Position numbers and translations under genes: made by a program | In this document: one piece after another, positions 49,859 to 59,645 of the stretch | Position numbering within the stretch: the first letter of the stretch is position 1 | How the letters are laid out: every line of letters begins with the position of its first letter | NCBI GenBank assembly: GCA_964455285.1 | Contig: CAYVVG010000003.1 | Coordinates: forward strand, 16,051-80,050 | Source: an uncultured Prolixibacteraceae bacterium | GTDB lineage: Bacteria; Bacteroidota; Bacteroidia; Bacteroidales; FEN-979 | Reading direction: 5' to 3' | DNA length: 64,000 nt | Notes under the pieces: generated by a model | The model's input: the letters and a program-made list of their open reading frames with translations, nothing else | Told to the model about the DNA's origin: nothing | Databases searched by the model: none

Positions 49859-52800
49859 TTTTTTCCGCTCTTGCGGTTAGCCGACGACCGACCGGCAAAG
49901 ATCTTCTTCAACTGCGCGGGATCATACAGCTCCTTATATTGGGCATCGCCTACGTCGGGCCAGATGCCTCTCAGCTCTTTCGTCACATAATCGACCTGCT
50001 TGCCGAAAGCCTCTTCGCTGATATCGAAATGCTCGTCGATGAACCGGTGGATCCGGAAGTAATCGGGGATCGTGTTTGCGGCGGTGTTCCTGCTTTTCCC
50101 GACCACCGAGCCGTCGTGCCGGCGGTGAAAGTTGAGGGGTTCGGGCAGGTAGGCCACATTTCCCGTACGGATGATGTTCAGATACACGTACCAGTCGCCC
50201 GCACACCGGTAGGAAGTCACCTCCTCGAGGCTGACCTCCAGCAGGGCCGAACGCCGCATGATGACCGCGCTGACGTTCGGAATGATGTTCTTGATCCCAA
50301 GCCCGTCGCTCACTTCGCGGTTTCCGGAATTCACAAATGGCTGTTTCCATTTCTCGCCGCCGGGCAGTCCGGCATAATAACCGGTCGTGTGATAGAAGTG
50401 TTCATGGAGTTTGCCATCCCCGTCGATCACATGCGAGGCGCACCAGGCCAGGTTCACCGTCGGGTCGTTCAGCAGCGGCAGCATCTTTTCCAGGAAGGTC
50501 TCGGCCGACAGGTCATCCGATTCGGCGATCCAGACCAGGTCGCTCTTTGCCTTGCGGATGCCCTGGTACCACTGTTTGAACACGGAGCCGCTGTTCACCT
50601 TGTTCCTGACGATGGTTACGTCATGGTTTTCCGAAAAACGGTCGATGATCCGGTGGCTGTCATCTTCGGAGGCATCATCGAGCAGGATGATCTCGAAATC
50701 CTTGAATGTTTGATTTACAATGCTTTCCAGCCGCTTCTCCAGGTATTTCCCGTAATTGTAATTGGGTACGATGACCGAGACCGCCGGCCTGGCTCCGGCG
50801 ATGGTCCGGCAGCACGTAAGCACACGGGGGAGGTTGATGGCCACCGTATGCCTGGCAAGTACCTTGTGTTTGGCCTGTTGCCCGAGGGTGTGGCACAACG
50901 CCCTGTTTTCGTGAAGTTCGACGATCCGGTTGGCGGCCGTCAGAGTATCCTCGTACGGTACGACGAACCCGGCATCCTGTTCCACGAATTCGGGCATGCC
51001 CCCCGACCGGTCAAAGCAAATGACCGGAAGCCCCAGCTGCGCCGCTTCGAGGCACACCAGGGGGAACGGATCTTCGCGCGAGGAGAGCAGGAACACGTTG
51101 CTGGCGGCGAAATAGTCCTTGAAATCGAGCCGGGTGCCCAGGAAAGTCAGTTCGTTTTCCAGGCCGTACTCCCTGACTTTTGAGAATACCGTATCCCAGG
51201 AACCGTACACCGGGTAAACATTGGTGTCGTCGGTGGGACCGATCCAGTAAAAATGGCAGCTTCCGGGACGGATCTCCTTCACGTGGCGGGCGATCTCCAC
51301 GAAAAGATCGGCGCCTTTCCTCCAGAAAAGTCCGGCCGAGCAAGCCATAACGATGAATTTTTCCTTCTCCAGTCCCAGTTGTTCGCGGAGGCGAAGCTTT
51401 TCTGTCGCCGAAGGGGTTGCGATCTCCTTCCCTTCAATGAAATCGTGGATCACCCGTATCTTATCCTCTTTGATCTTCAGGTCGTTGACCAGGTTGTCGG
51501 CCACTGCCCTGCTCCCCGCGATGTAGAACGCAGTGTGGGCCGTTACATCCCCGACGAAATCGCGGGCGTAATAACCGATGCTCATCTTGAGTTCGTGGAT
51601 GTGGGAGATGACCGGCGCACCCAGGTGCCGGATGGCATGATAGCTTTTCCCGGCCGCGATGGAGCTTCCGAATACCAGGTCGGGTTTCCCTTCGCAGAAC
51701 TTCAGGATCTCTTCAACCTGGTCATCTATCTTCGGATGAAGGTGCTGCAATTCATTGAATACCAGCGTTTCGTCGATTTCATGAAAGCGGCCGAGCAGGC
51801 GTCCGCCGTAGTTGGTCATGATGCGGAGATCGACGGAGGTGTGGTTTTGGAACCACTTCAGCATGGAGATCAGCAGCATCTGGGCGCCCCCGAGGTGAGC
51901 GTCGTGCGAGATGAAAAGCACTTTGAACGGGGATGCCGGTTTCCCGGGTCCGAGATTCGCCCGGGGATGAAGGTCCGGTTGTATGATCGACCACGCCTTT
52001 TCGCGCGAGAAGTTCTCCTTCACGAATTCGAAAGCCTGTTCCGACCTCGACTTCAGCTGATCCTCAGCGGAATAGACGTTTACCACCGCTTCGACGAAGG
52101 CTTCGGCGGTGTCGGCCACCGTGATGGCCGGTCCGGCGCCGTTGAGCCCTTCGGCACCGATGGAGGTGGTGATCACCGGCAGGCCGTGGTACATCGCTTC
52201 GACCAGCTTGCCTTTCAGGCCGGCCCCGAAACGCAGCGGCGCGATCACCAGGCGGCACCGGCGGTAATACTCCATGAGTTCGTCATCATCCACGTACCCT
52301 GTGACATGGATATGTCCGCCGGCCCGGGCCCGGATCTCCTGAGGGGGATGGGAGCCGATGATGAACAGGTCGAGGCCGGGGATCTGCCGGTCGATGAGCG
52401 GGCAGATATCATCGAGCAGCCAGGCGACGGCATCGCGGTTGGGTTCGTGCATGAAACCGCCCACGAACATGATCCCTTTCCGCTCCTCCGGCCTGTACCG
52501 GGGTTTGTGGAAAGTTTCATAGATCAGCAGGGCGATGGTCCGCGCGGGTCCCCGCAGGCGGAATTCCTTCTGCACGATCTCCGTTTCGGCCTGCGACGGG
52601 TAATAGACCGCATCGACATTCTCGATGAGATACTTCTCCATCTCCTTCGAACGCTCGGAGATCTTCAGCAACTCCTCATCCTTTTCGACCAGGTACTTCC
52701 GGTACTCGCGCAGGAAATGCAGGTCATGCCCGTAGAACAGCACCCGTGCCCGGGTAAGTTCGCGGACGACGCCGAGGTATTTGATCGCGACGACGGGCCG

Positions 52801-55800
52801 GCTGATGAATGCCAGCCCGAAATGCATCCCGTTCGTTTTCAGCCAGGTGCGCCAGTTCTTCTCACAACAATCGCCATAGAGGATCTCCACCCCCCGTTGT
52901 TGAAAATAGTCCACGTAACAGCCGATGGGATAGAAATTATCCCCGATGAATTTAAGGACGATGCCGTGATCGGTAAAAAGGTCCATGTACGCTTTCATGC
53001 TCCGCGACCCCGCGTCCTTGTCGAACGTCGGCACGTAATGGTCGATCATCAGCATGTAGGTTTTCCGCTGTCCCCGCTCCCGAGCTACGAAAAGGTTGCC
53101 CGGGGAGGAGGTCATGTGGTGGTTTTCCAGGGTCTCCTGCCATTTCCGGTAAAAGACCTCTCTCGCTTCCGGGAAAATGAAATTCTCGGAACGTCCTGCC
53201 AGGACATGGGCCCGGGGCTGGAAGATGACTTTATACCCCCACCAACGGGTCGCCATGGAAAGGTCGTACGCCAGGAAGGGCCATGGATCGGCCGTGTACA
53301 AGGCATGACCGACCCAATCCCGGAAGATCTGTTTTTTCACCATGACAAACCGGTCGCCTGAATCCACTTCGTGGAGGTAAAGGTGCTCGGGATCGTAGGG
53401 CCCCTGGTTGGCGCCGATCCGGGCGGTGCAACCGTTCTCCCAGATGACCACCCCTGCCGATTCGAGCATCTGATCCCGTTTCCACACCTGGGGCACCACC
53501 ATCGCCCAATCTTCCCGCCGGGCCAGCGTCTCTTCGCAGGCCTCCAGGGCGCCCGGCAGCACCTGCACGCCGGGATGCATGAGGATCACATTCCGGATCG
53601 GGGAGGCCGGGTCCAGCAGGGTCGCGATCTCCTTCGGGGTCATCGTACCGATGCCGGGAACCGGCGGCCCGGCAAAACCGGGATTGCCGGTAACCACGAA
53701 TTTCATGGGCCGCCGGGCATTCGCGGCGACCGACCGGGCCGCTTCTTCCAGCGGAAGCTCACCCGGCTGGAAAAAGACCACCAGGATCTCCGGGTCGGGG
53801 GGATCGGGAAAAGCGAGCCCTCCTTCCGAAGCGGGCCCTGGAGCAGGCCGGGGCGCCTGCACCGGGGAAACGGGAATCGCCCGGGCTGCCTGTGCCCGTT
53901 GTCGCTGGGCCTCCCGTTCCGGGGTTTTCAGCCTCTGCATGAATGCAGCCCAACTGCCCCCGTGGAGAGCCCGGATAAAACGCACGGGATGGGCAACGGC
54001 CCCGGCGAGGGTCTTCACGACCAGCCAGCGCCGGGAGCCGAAAGGAAAAAGCAGATAGAACAGTTTGAAGATCCCGTCGATGGCAAGGCGCAGCGGCCGG
54101 GTCAGGCGCCAGGACAGAGATTGTTCGAGTGCCGTTTGCCGGGATGCCAGCCGCCGGATCTCCGCCTCCTGCCGTTCACTCTTCCGGGCCAGTTCATCCT
54201 TTCGCTGTTCAAGCAGGTCGATGGTTTCGAGCGCGGCGGTGTGCTCCGACTGAAGTCCGGCCGCTTGATCTTCCGATTTTTTCAGCGCGGCGGCGGCCTC
54301 TTCGAGCCGTTGCTTCAGAAGGTCCGTTTCCGACGTCATCGCGGCAACCATCCGTTCCTTCTCTTCTGTGACCGCGGCCAGCAACTGTTCCATTTCCGCC
54401 AGCCCGGCTTCTTTTGCGGCGAGATCCGATGCCAGGCCCGAGACTTTCTCCTCCAGGGTGCGGATAACGTCGTTCTGCCGGTCAATCCGGCCCGTCAATT
54501 CGGCGGTCGTGTCAATCTGCCGCTGCAATTCAAGGTCCCTGAAACGAAGGTCGGCCGACAGCCGGCTCAAGGTGCTGCCGGACTCCTGCAGCCGGTCTGC
54601 CAGTTCCCCGATCCTGGCATCGCGTTCCTGCAATTGCTGCTCGAGCTGCCGGATGACCTCGCCGAACCGGATCAGCTGATTATCCTTGATCTGTATGGAA
54701 TTCTCCTTGTCGGCCAGCTGGCGCCCTTTCGCCAGCAGGAGTTCATCCTTCTCCTGGAGCAGCCCCTCCTTGCCCTGGAGCAGTTGCTCCTTTTCCTGCA
54801 ACTGCGCCTCCTTGGCCAGGATCTGGTCCTCCTTTTTCCCAACGCGTTTTTCCTGTTCGATGATCAGGTCCCGTTTTTGCTGCAGATGGGCCTCCTTATC
54901 GCTGATATGCTGTTCGAGCAGGTTGAGCTGGTTCACCAGTGCCAGGATCTGCCGGTCCTTTTCGGAGACATTCCGGGTCAGTTCTTCGATCTTCGCTGCA
55001 GCCCGTTCATTTTCAGCGCCAAGCCTGCCCGACAGCGCGTCGATCTCTTCACGGGTCGAGGAGAGCTGCGACTGCAGCTGTTCCGCTGCTGCGTAAAAGG
55101 CCCTCGATTCTTCATCCCTTTCTTCGATCTCTTTCATGGTTTGGATGATGTCGGTCTCTTCCGCAAGTGCTTCGCGGGTGGCCTGCAGGAATCGCAGACC
55201 GTATCTTTTATCCGGTTCCAGGTGGGCTCCTTCCGCCCATTCATTCCAGGCATTCAGGAAGACCAGGTTCTCGTCGCCCCGGTTTTCCTTCCGTGTGAGC
55301 CCGATCACGGCTTTCAGGTAAAGCTTGTACAGTTCGGGCGAGGAGTTGAGGTAGACCGTGCTGGCATGGTCTCTCCGTGGCGTGTTGTCCCACGAAGGAA
55401 AGGCGCCGCGGAAAAAGGTGAATCCGGGTTTTGGGATGGTGACCATGTGCTGCACCACGCTCGGAAAGTTGATGAGCCAGTTGTCGGACAGCGAGGCGGG
55501 ATCCATCTGATGAAGGGCGGCAAAGACAGATTTGTCGATCTTGCACCGGTCGGTGTAGTCAAGCGGGAACTGTACCGTGGCGTCGTATCCCAGCGGGCGG
55601 GGGTCGATATCCTTGATAAAGTTGTTGACAGCGCAGATATACAGATCACTCCCGGTCTCCTTCAACACGGCCTGTCGCCATATCTCCGCGGTCTTTGCCG
55701 GATCGGGGAGCAGTTCGGGACGGTACACGAGCAGCAGGAGCCGTTCGCCCACCCGGATATACCGGGGATCTTTCAATGCCGGGAGGATCGATCCGATGAA

Positions 55801-56226
55801 GCGTTTATCGTCCCTGGCCGAATGGGATTGACGGATGAGGATATCATCCTGGTGCCCGTCCCACCGGCGGGACCAATTCTCGTTGGCCCAGCACAGGCAG
55901 AAGGGAAAATCGGGCTTGCCCGATGCCAGCATCTCATCGAGCGGACGGTGAAGCAGGCGTTTGCCGTTGAAATAATAGTAGTAGTAACAAAAACCGTATA
56001 TTCCATGCTCCCGGGCCAGGCGTGCCTGGGCCTCCCTGGCCTCGGGAAGCCGGAGGTCATAAAACCCGAGGTCGGCCGGGAGATGCGGCTGGTAATGTCC
56101 CGGGAACAAGGGTTTCGCGGCGGTCACATTCGTCCATTCCGTAAACCCGGCCCCCCACCAGGCATCGTTCTCCGGGATCGGGTGGAATTGCGGAAGGTAA
56201 AAAGCGATCAGGCGGACGTCGTTCAT
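49855..56226 (-). CDS. 2,123-aa multidomain protein: WbsX-like domain, long coiled coil, degenerate GT-A-like domain, two GT-B (GT4-like) domains and a C-terminal GT2 domain
   Basis: One uninterrupted ORF. I counted the residues, and they total 2123. Domain motifs are listed in the findings. All long plus-strand ORFs across this span are low-complexity shadow ORFs. Confidence 0.85.
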   Translation of the reverse strand: MNDVRLIAFYLPQFHPIPENDAWWGAGFTEWTNVTAAKPLFPGHYQPHLPADLGFYDLRLPEAREAQARLAREHGIYGFCYYYYYFNGKRLLHRPLDEMLASGKPDFPFCLCWANENWSRRWDGHQDDILIRQSHSARDDKRFIGSILPALKDPRYIRVGERLLLLVYRPELLPDPAKTAEIWRQAVLKETGSDLYICAVNNFIKDIDPRPLGYDATVQFPLDYTDRCKIDKSVFAALHQMDPASLSDNWLINFPSVVQHMVTIPKPGFTFFRGAFPSWDNTPRRDHASTVYLNSSPELYKLYLKAVIGLTRKENRGDENLVFLNAWNEWAEGAHLEPDKRYGLRFLQATREALAEETDIIQTMKEIEERDEESRAFYAAAEQLQSQLSSTREEIDALSGRLGAENERAAAKIEELTRNVSEKDRQILALVNQLNLLEQHISDKEAHLQQKRDLIIEQEKRVGKKEDQILAKEAQLQEKEQLLQGKEGLLQEKDELLLAKGRQLADKENSIQIKDNQLIRFGEVIRQLEQQLQERDARIGELADRLQESGSTLSRLSADLRFRDLELQRQIDTTAELTGRIDRQNDVIRTLEEKVSGLASDLAAKEAGLAEMEQLLAAVTEEKERMVAAMTSETDLLKQRLEEAAAALKKSEDQAAGLQSEHTAALETIDLLEQRKDELARKSERQEAEIRRLASRQTALEQSLSWRLTRPLRLAIDGIFKLFYLLFPFGSRRWLVVKTLAGAVAHPVRFIRALHGGSWAAFMQRLKTPEREAQRQRAQAARAIPVSPVQAPRPAPGPASEGGLAFPDPPDPEILVVFFQPGELPLEEAARSVAANARRPMKFVVTGNPGFAGPPVPGIGTMTPKEIATLLDPASPIRNVILMHPGVQVLPGALEACEETLARREDWAMVVPQVWKRDQMLESAGVVIWENGCTARIGANQGPYDPEHLYLHEVDSGDRFVMVKKQIFRDWVGHALYTADPWPFLAYDLSMATRWWGYKVIFQPRAHVLAGRSENFIFPEAREVFYRKWQETLENHHMTSSPGNLFVARERGQRKTYMLMIDHYVPTFDKDAGSRSMKAYMDLFTDHGIVLKFIGDNFYPIGCYVDYFQQRGVEILYGDCCEKNWRTWLKTNGMHFGLAFISRPVVAIKYLGVVRELTRARVLFYGHDLHFLREYRKYLVEKDEELLKISERSKEMEKYLIENVDAVYYPSQAETEIVQKEFRLRGPARTIALLIYETFHKPRYRPEERKGIMFVGGFMHEPNRDAVAWLLDDICPLIDRQIPGLDLFIIGSHPPQEIRARAGGHIHVTGYVDDDELMEYYRRCRLVIAPLRFGAGLKGKLVEAMYHGLPVITTSIGAEGLNGAGPAITVADTAEAFVEAVVNVYSAEDQLKSRSEQAFEFVKENFSREKAWSIIQPDLHPRANLGPGKPASPFKVLFISHDAHLGGAQMLLISMLKWFQNHTSVDLRIMTNYGGRLLGRFHEIDETLVFNELQHLHPKIDDQVEEILKFCEGKPDLVFGSSIAAGKSYHAIRHLGAPVISHIHELKMSIGYYARDFVGDVTAHTAFYIAGSRAVADNLVNDLKIKEDKIRVIHDFIEGKEIATPSATEKLRLREQLGLEKEKFIVMACSAGLFWRKGADLFVEIARHVKEIRPGSCHFYWIGPTDDTNVYPVYGSWDTVFSKVREYGLENELTFLGTRLDFKDYFAASNVFLLSSREDPFPLVCLEAAQLGLPVICFDRSGGMPEFVEQDAGFVVPYEDTLTAANRIVELHENRALCHTLGQQAKHKVLARHTVAINLPRVLTCCRTIAGARPAVSVIVPNYNYGKYLEKRLESIVNQTFKDFEIILLDDASEDDSHRIIDRFSENHDVTIVRNKVNSGSVFKQWYQGIRKAKSDLVWIAESDDLSAETFLEKMLPLLNDPTVNLAWCASHVIDGDGKLHEHFYHTTGYYAGLPGGEKWKQPFVNSGNREVSDGLGIKNIIPNVSAVIMRRSALLEVSLEEVTSYRCAGDWYVYLNIIRTGNVAYLPEPLNFHRRHDGSVVGKSRNTAANTIPDYFRIHRFIDEHFDISEEAFGKQVDYVTKELRGIWPDVGDAQYKELYDPAQLKKIFAGRSSANRKSGKK

Positions 56227-56306
56227 CGGGCAATCCAGTTCTCGATTTGGCTGGTAAAGTTAACTTTTTTATTTTTCTTCGGATGGGAGAGGGTTGCTGC
56301 ATCATG

Positions 56307-57353
56307 CTAACCGATGTCGGAATACCTGATGTACCATTCATAATACCCGCCCGTGTGTTCGTCGACGTGATAGGGATCAGGAAAGGCTGCCTGCAGGTCG
56401 GGCCTGCTCAGGTAAAGACGGCGCATTTCGGGGGTGATGGGTTCCCCGTTCCGGAACCTATCGTAATGCCAAACCGACTTCGCTGCTTCCGCCTGCCCGT
56501 TCCGCTTCAGTTCTTGTTCATACCATTCCCACATTTCCCTGAGCAGGTGGTTATCGCCGCCGTACTGCGACAGGCTGGTGTGACCGGCTCCCGAGTCGAA
56601 CCCGGTGAAGTGGTAAAACCGCAGGGGCCGGCCGCCGGCAAGCAGCATTCCTTCATCCGACATCGTCACGGGCCGCATGTTGATGTTCCAGGTGGCCACG
56701 TTGTAGCCCGGGTCACGCAGGATGTACGATTCGTCGAAGAAAGCGGGCACATGATCGCACCATTTCTGGTCGGTGAAGAGCCCGGAAGCTTTGTCGTCGT
56801 AACAGAAATGGTAGAGGCGGTGAGCCCACCACCGCGCGAAATCCCTGCCCTGCCCTTCGTTTCTCACCGCGAAAAATCCCAGGTTGAAGATCCCGTGTTG
56901 CATGGCGCATATCTCATGGTCGATGATCGCCTGAAGGTCGGTGTTCGGTGTGGTCAGATGCGGGGTGAGGATGACCGGGTGATGGTCAAGCAGGCGTTCC
57001 AGTTCGTCGAGGGGGTTGAAGATCACCATGTCCGGGTCGAAATAGAGCACCTTCCGGGGTTGAAAGGTATCCAGGACATATTGGAGCCCGGGTCCTTTCA
57101 TGGCTGTGCACAGTTCCACCACCGAATGCCTGAATATCCATTGCTGCCGGTTTTCCAGGGGGATCTGCTCAGGACAGATCACGTTGTCGAAAGGTTCCTC
57201 TTCGATCAGGACACCCTCCGGAAGCCGGTCCGACAACAGCACATCGAATGTCCATCCAGGATGGAATTTTTTCAGGCTCTTGGCAAGGATCCTCGCTTTG
57301 GGAAGATACGAAGAGGTGATGGAAGTCAGGCATCTGACGGCAGGTGTATCCAT
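56307..57353 (-). CDS. GT-A fold (GT8-like) putative glycosyltransferase
   Basis: 348 aa. LTSITSSYLPKARILAKSLKKFHPG, YFDPDMVIF (DxD-like) and DPGYNVATWNI form a motif set I associate with an uncharacterised nucleotide-diphospho-sugar transferase family. Confidence 0.5.
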   Translation of the reverse strand: MDTPAVRCLTSITSSYLPKARILAKSLKKFHPGWTFDVLLSDRLPEGVLIEEEPFDNVICPEQIPLENRQQWIFRHSVVELCTAMKGPGLQYVLDTFQPRKVLYFDPDMVIFNPLDELERLLDHHPVILTPHLTTPNTDLQAIIDHEICAMQHGIFNLGFFAVRNEGQGRDFARWWAHRLYHFCYDDKASGLFTDQKWCDHVPAFFDESYILRDPGYNVATWNINMRPVTMSDEGMLLAGGRPLRFYHFTGFDSGAGHTSLSQYGGDNHLLREMWEWYEQELKRNGQAEAAKSVWHYDRFRNGEPITPEMRRLYLSRPDLQAAFPDPYHVDEHTGGYYEWYIRYSDIG

Positions 57354-57358
57354 GGCGG

Positions 57359-59398
57359 TTAGATCAAATCATGGTAGATGTCCGGTTCGCTGTGCTCCGG
57401 TTCCGAGGTGAAAGTGGTGATCCCGGCATGCGCGACCAGCAGTCTCCTCAGCTGTTCCGGTTGTTGAAGTAGATCCATCAGGGCCTCTTCCGAGGGAACG
57501 ACGGAACCGCACTTTTTTGTCGTAACCAGGTGTGCGATATTCCCGCTTTGCGGATGGGTGAGGATGAAACAGCCGGCCGCCATCACTTCGTGGGCGGTGA
57601 GCGAGTAGGTTTCGGGTACGATGGACCAGAGCAGGACCACATCGATGGCATGACGGATCAACTGGTGCAATGCCGATCGTTCGGGTCCTTCGCCGGAACC
57701 GACATAGACAAATCGTTCCGGTGCACGGGACGGATATTTTGATAACTGGAAACAATCGTAGGGGGCAGCGGCCGGTGAATCGGCGAATCTCCTCCACGTT
57801 TCCCACCCTTTCAGCCGCACCGGCGTTCCCAGGAATGCGATCCGGATCCGGTAGGCGGGATCCGCGTAAAGACGGTGAAGGTCCCGCTGCCGGTGAACGG
57901 GTTTAACCATCCTCAGCAGCGGTGCAACCCGGATCTTTTCTGCAATCTCAGGGAATTCCGCCGACAGCATGGAACGGCTTACCTCCGACGGCGTCAGGAA
58001 GGTGAACGGGAACTTGCCGGTAAGCGAACGGAGGACCGGGAGATTGCTCCGGCGCAGGTCGCCGTAACGGCAGATCGTGCAGGCATTGCTGCCGGTACCG
58101 GGCTTGTGGCAGTACTCATGGTCGTTTCGCAACAGGGTCACCTGGGGGCAGATCAGGAAATAATCGTGCAGCCAGAAAATGAGGGGGACATCGCCCAGCA
58201 AACCCAGGAAGCCTTCCAGGACGGGGAGGGGCCAGTGAAGGGTATGGTGGATCAGCACCCCGGCCGTTGCGAGGGAGTTGCGGCGGGAAAGGGATTCTCC
58301 AAATGCCAGGAAACCGGTCCGCGACATTTTTCCGATCGTCCGGTCTCCCATGCAGACCCCTGCCTCGAAAGAAGCAGGGTTCGCCGGTGCCGGCTCTTGC
58401 GTGGCCGGGTGGAACTGCAGGTATACCAGCGATCTGTTTTCAAACCACACCCGTTCTTTGTTCATATAATTCTGCACCCCGCCGGTGATCTCCAGGTAAT
58501 TGTCATGGCTGAATGCCAGGATCACCTTCTTCCCGAGAGATTGCAGCATCTCCATCAGTTCACTGGCTGACAGGGATTTTAGAGGCATCCCGTCGCCGGT
58601 CAACCCGGCATCCGGTTCATTTTCATCCAGGGTGTTCCAGTCCAGCCCGGGATACCGGGGAAGGAGATCGTTGAACGGGGAGCCGGGATCGCGCAGCCGT
58701 TCATCGCCGGGTCGGAGCCCGAAATACCGCTTTACCTTGTATGGGAAATCGACGCTGAGCCGGTCGTGCACTCCTTCGGAGGAACTCCCCCCGGTACGGA
58801 ACCGGGCGATGATCTTGTCCGCATACTCAAATTCCTCTTTCGACCAGCGCCTCAGGTTGAAGTCATAATCGGCGGTGACTTTGTACCGGGTGTCGAAACA
58901 GCCGGAGTCGATGAACACCCGGCGGGGATAGAGGATTGACTGGTGGCAGATATTTTTCGCCAGGATCTTCCTGAGGTCGAAAGGCCCGTCATAAATGGCG
59001 CCATCCCGGGCCCAGGGCAGGTCCCCCTCCACCTGCACATTCCCGTAAACAACCCGGGTGCCGGAGAGGAATCCCTCGCGGTAGAGTTCTGTCAGGATAT
59101 CGGGGGAAGAAAACTCATCATCCCCCCCCAGAAAATAGAGCCAGTCGCCTGTGCTCAGGTGGACGCCCCGGTTCATCGCATCGTAAATGCCGGCATCGGG
59201 GCACGAGTAAACCCGGATGTGGTCGTATTTTCTCCGGTATCGTTCCAGGATCTCCACGGTGCCGTCATCCGAAAGGTTGTCGCAAAAGATATGCTCGATG
59301 GGCCGGTAGGATTGCCGGGCAACGCTGAGGAGCGATTTCTCGACCGTCGCTGCGCAGTTGAACGTCGGGGTGATAACGGTTACGAGAGGATGGTCCAT
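57359..59398 (-). CDS. Two-domain glycosyltransferase: N-terminal GT2 plus a C-terminal GT-B-like domain
   Basis: 679 aa. VTVITPTFNCAATVEKSLLSVARQSYRPIEHIFCDNLSDDGT and WLYFLGGDDEF are GT2 motifs. The C-terminal ~400 aa has a Rossmann-like alternation of secondary-structure elements and a Cys cluster, CHKPGTGSNACTIC. Confidence 0.7.
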   Translation of the reverse strand: MDHPLVTVITPTFNCAATVEKSLLSVARQSYRPIEHIFCDNLSDDGTVEILERYRRKYDHIRVYSCPDAGIYDAMNRGVHLSTGDWLYFLGGDDEFSSPDILTELYREGFLSGTRVVYGNVQVEGDLPWARDGAIYDGPFDLRKILAKNICHQSILYPRRVFIDSGCFDTRYKVTADYDFNLRRWSKEEFEYADKIIARFRTGGSSSEGVHDRLSVDFPYKVKRYFGLRPGDERLRDPGSPFNDLLPRYPGLDWNTLDENEPDAGLTGDGMPLKSLSASELMEMLQSLGKKVILAFSHDNYLEITGGVQNYMNKERVWFENRSLVYLQFHPATQEPAPANPASFEAGVCMGDRTIGKMSRTGFLAFGESLSRRNSLATAGVLIHHTLHWPLPVLEGFLGLLGDVPLIFWLHDYFLICPQVTLLRNDHEYCHKPGTGSNACTICRYGDLRRSNLPVLRSLTGKFPFTFLTPSEVSRSMLSAEFPEIAEKIRVAPLLRMVKPVHRQRDLHRLYADPAYRIRIAFLGTPVRLKGWETWRRFADSPAAAPYDCFQLSKYPSRAPERFVYVGSGEGPERSALHQLIRHAIDVVLLWSIVPETYSLTAHEVMAAGCFILTHPQSGNIAHLVTTKKCGSVVPSEEALMDLLQQPEQLRRLLVAHAGITTFTSEPEHSEPDIYHDLI

Positions 59399-59565
59399 TT
59401 AAGTGAAACGATTTATTCCGGGCCGAAAGCCGGCATCCGGGATTCTGTGTAAAATTAAATCTTTTTTCCCTGGCAAAGGTGGAGACTAGGATCTCGGCAG
59501 GTAATCCCAGAATTCTCCTAAATCGGGGAGCCGAGAAATATGTATCATGGTCGGAAAAATGTAGC

Positions 59566-59573
59566 TATTTTTG
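59566..59573 (+). promoter_or_regulatory. Candidate -7 box (TATTTTTG) for the plus-strand arm of the glycan locus
   Basis: TATTTTTG lies 73 nt upstream of the ATG at 59646, inside the 247-nt divergent intergenic region. Confidence 0.3.
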
Positions 59574-59645
59574 TTGATTGCTATCCGCATTGCGTAAGCT
59601 GCATCACCGCGGGTAATGGTATTGATATTCTGCTCTTCATTCCTC

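Noticed and set aside
50000-56310. Very long plus-strand ORFs (53371-56310 of 979 aa, 51253-53361 of 702 aa, 49939-51183 of 414 aa) lying opposite the giant gene
   Set aside because: They are shadow ORFs, as is typical of high-GC DNA. Their translations are R/G/P/L/F-rich low-complexity sequence with no motifs, whereas the minus strand carries several strong family signatures in a single frame.
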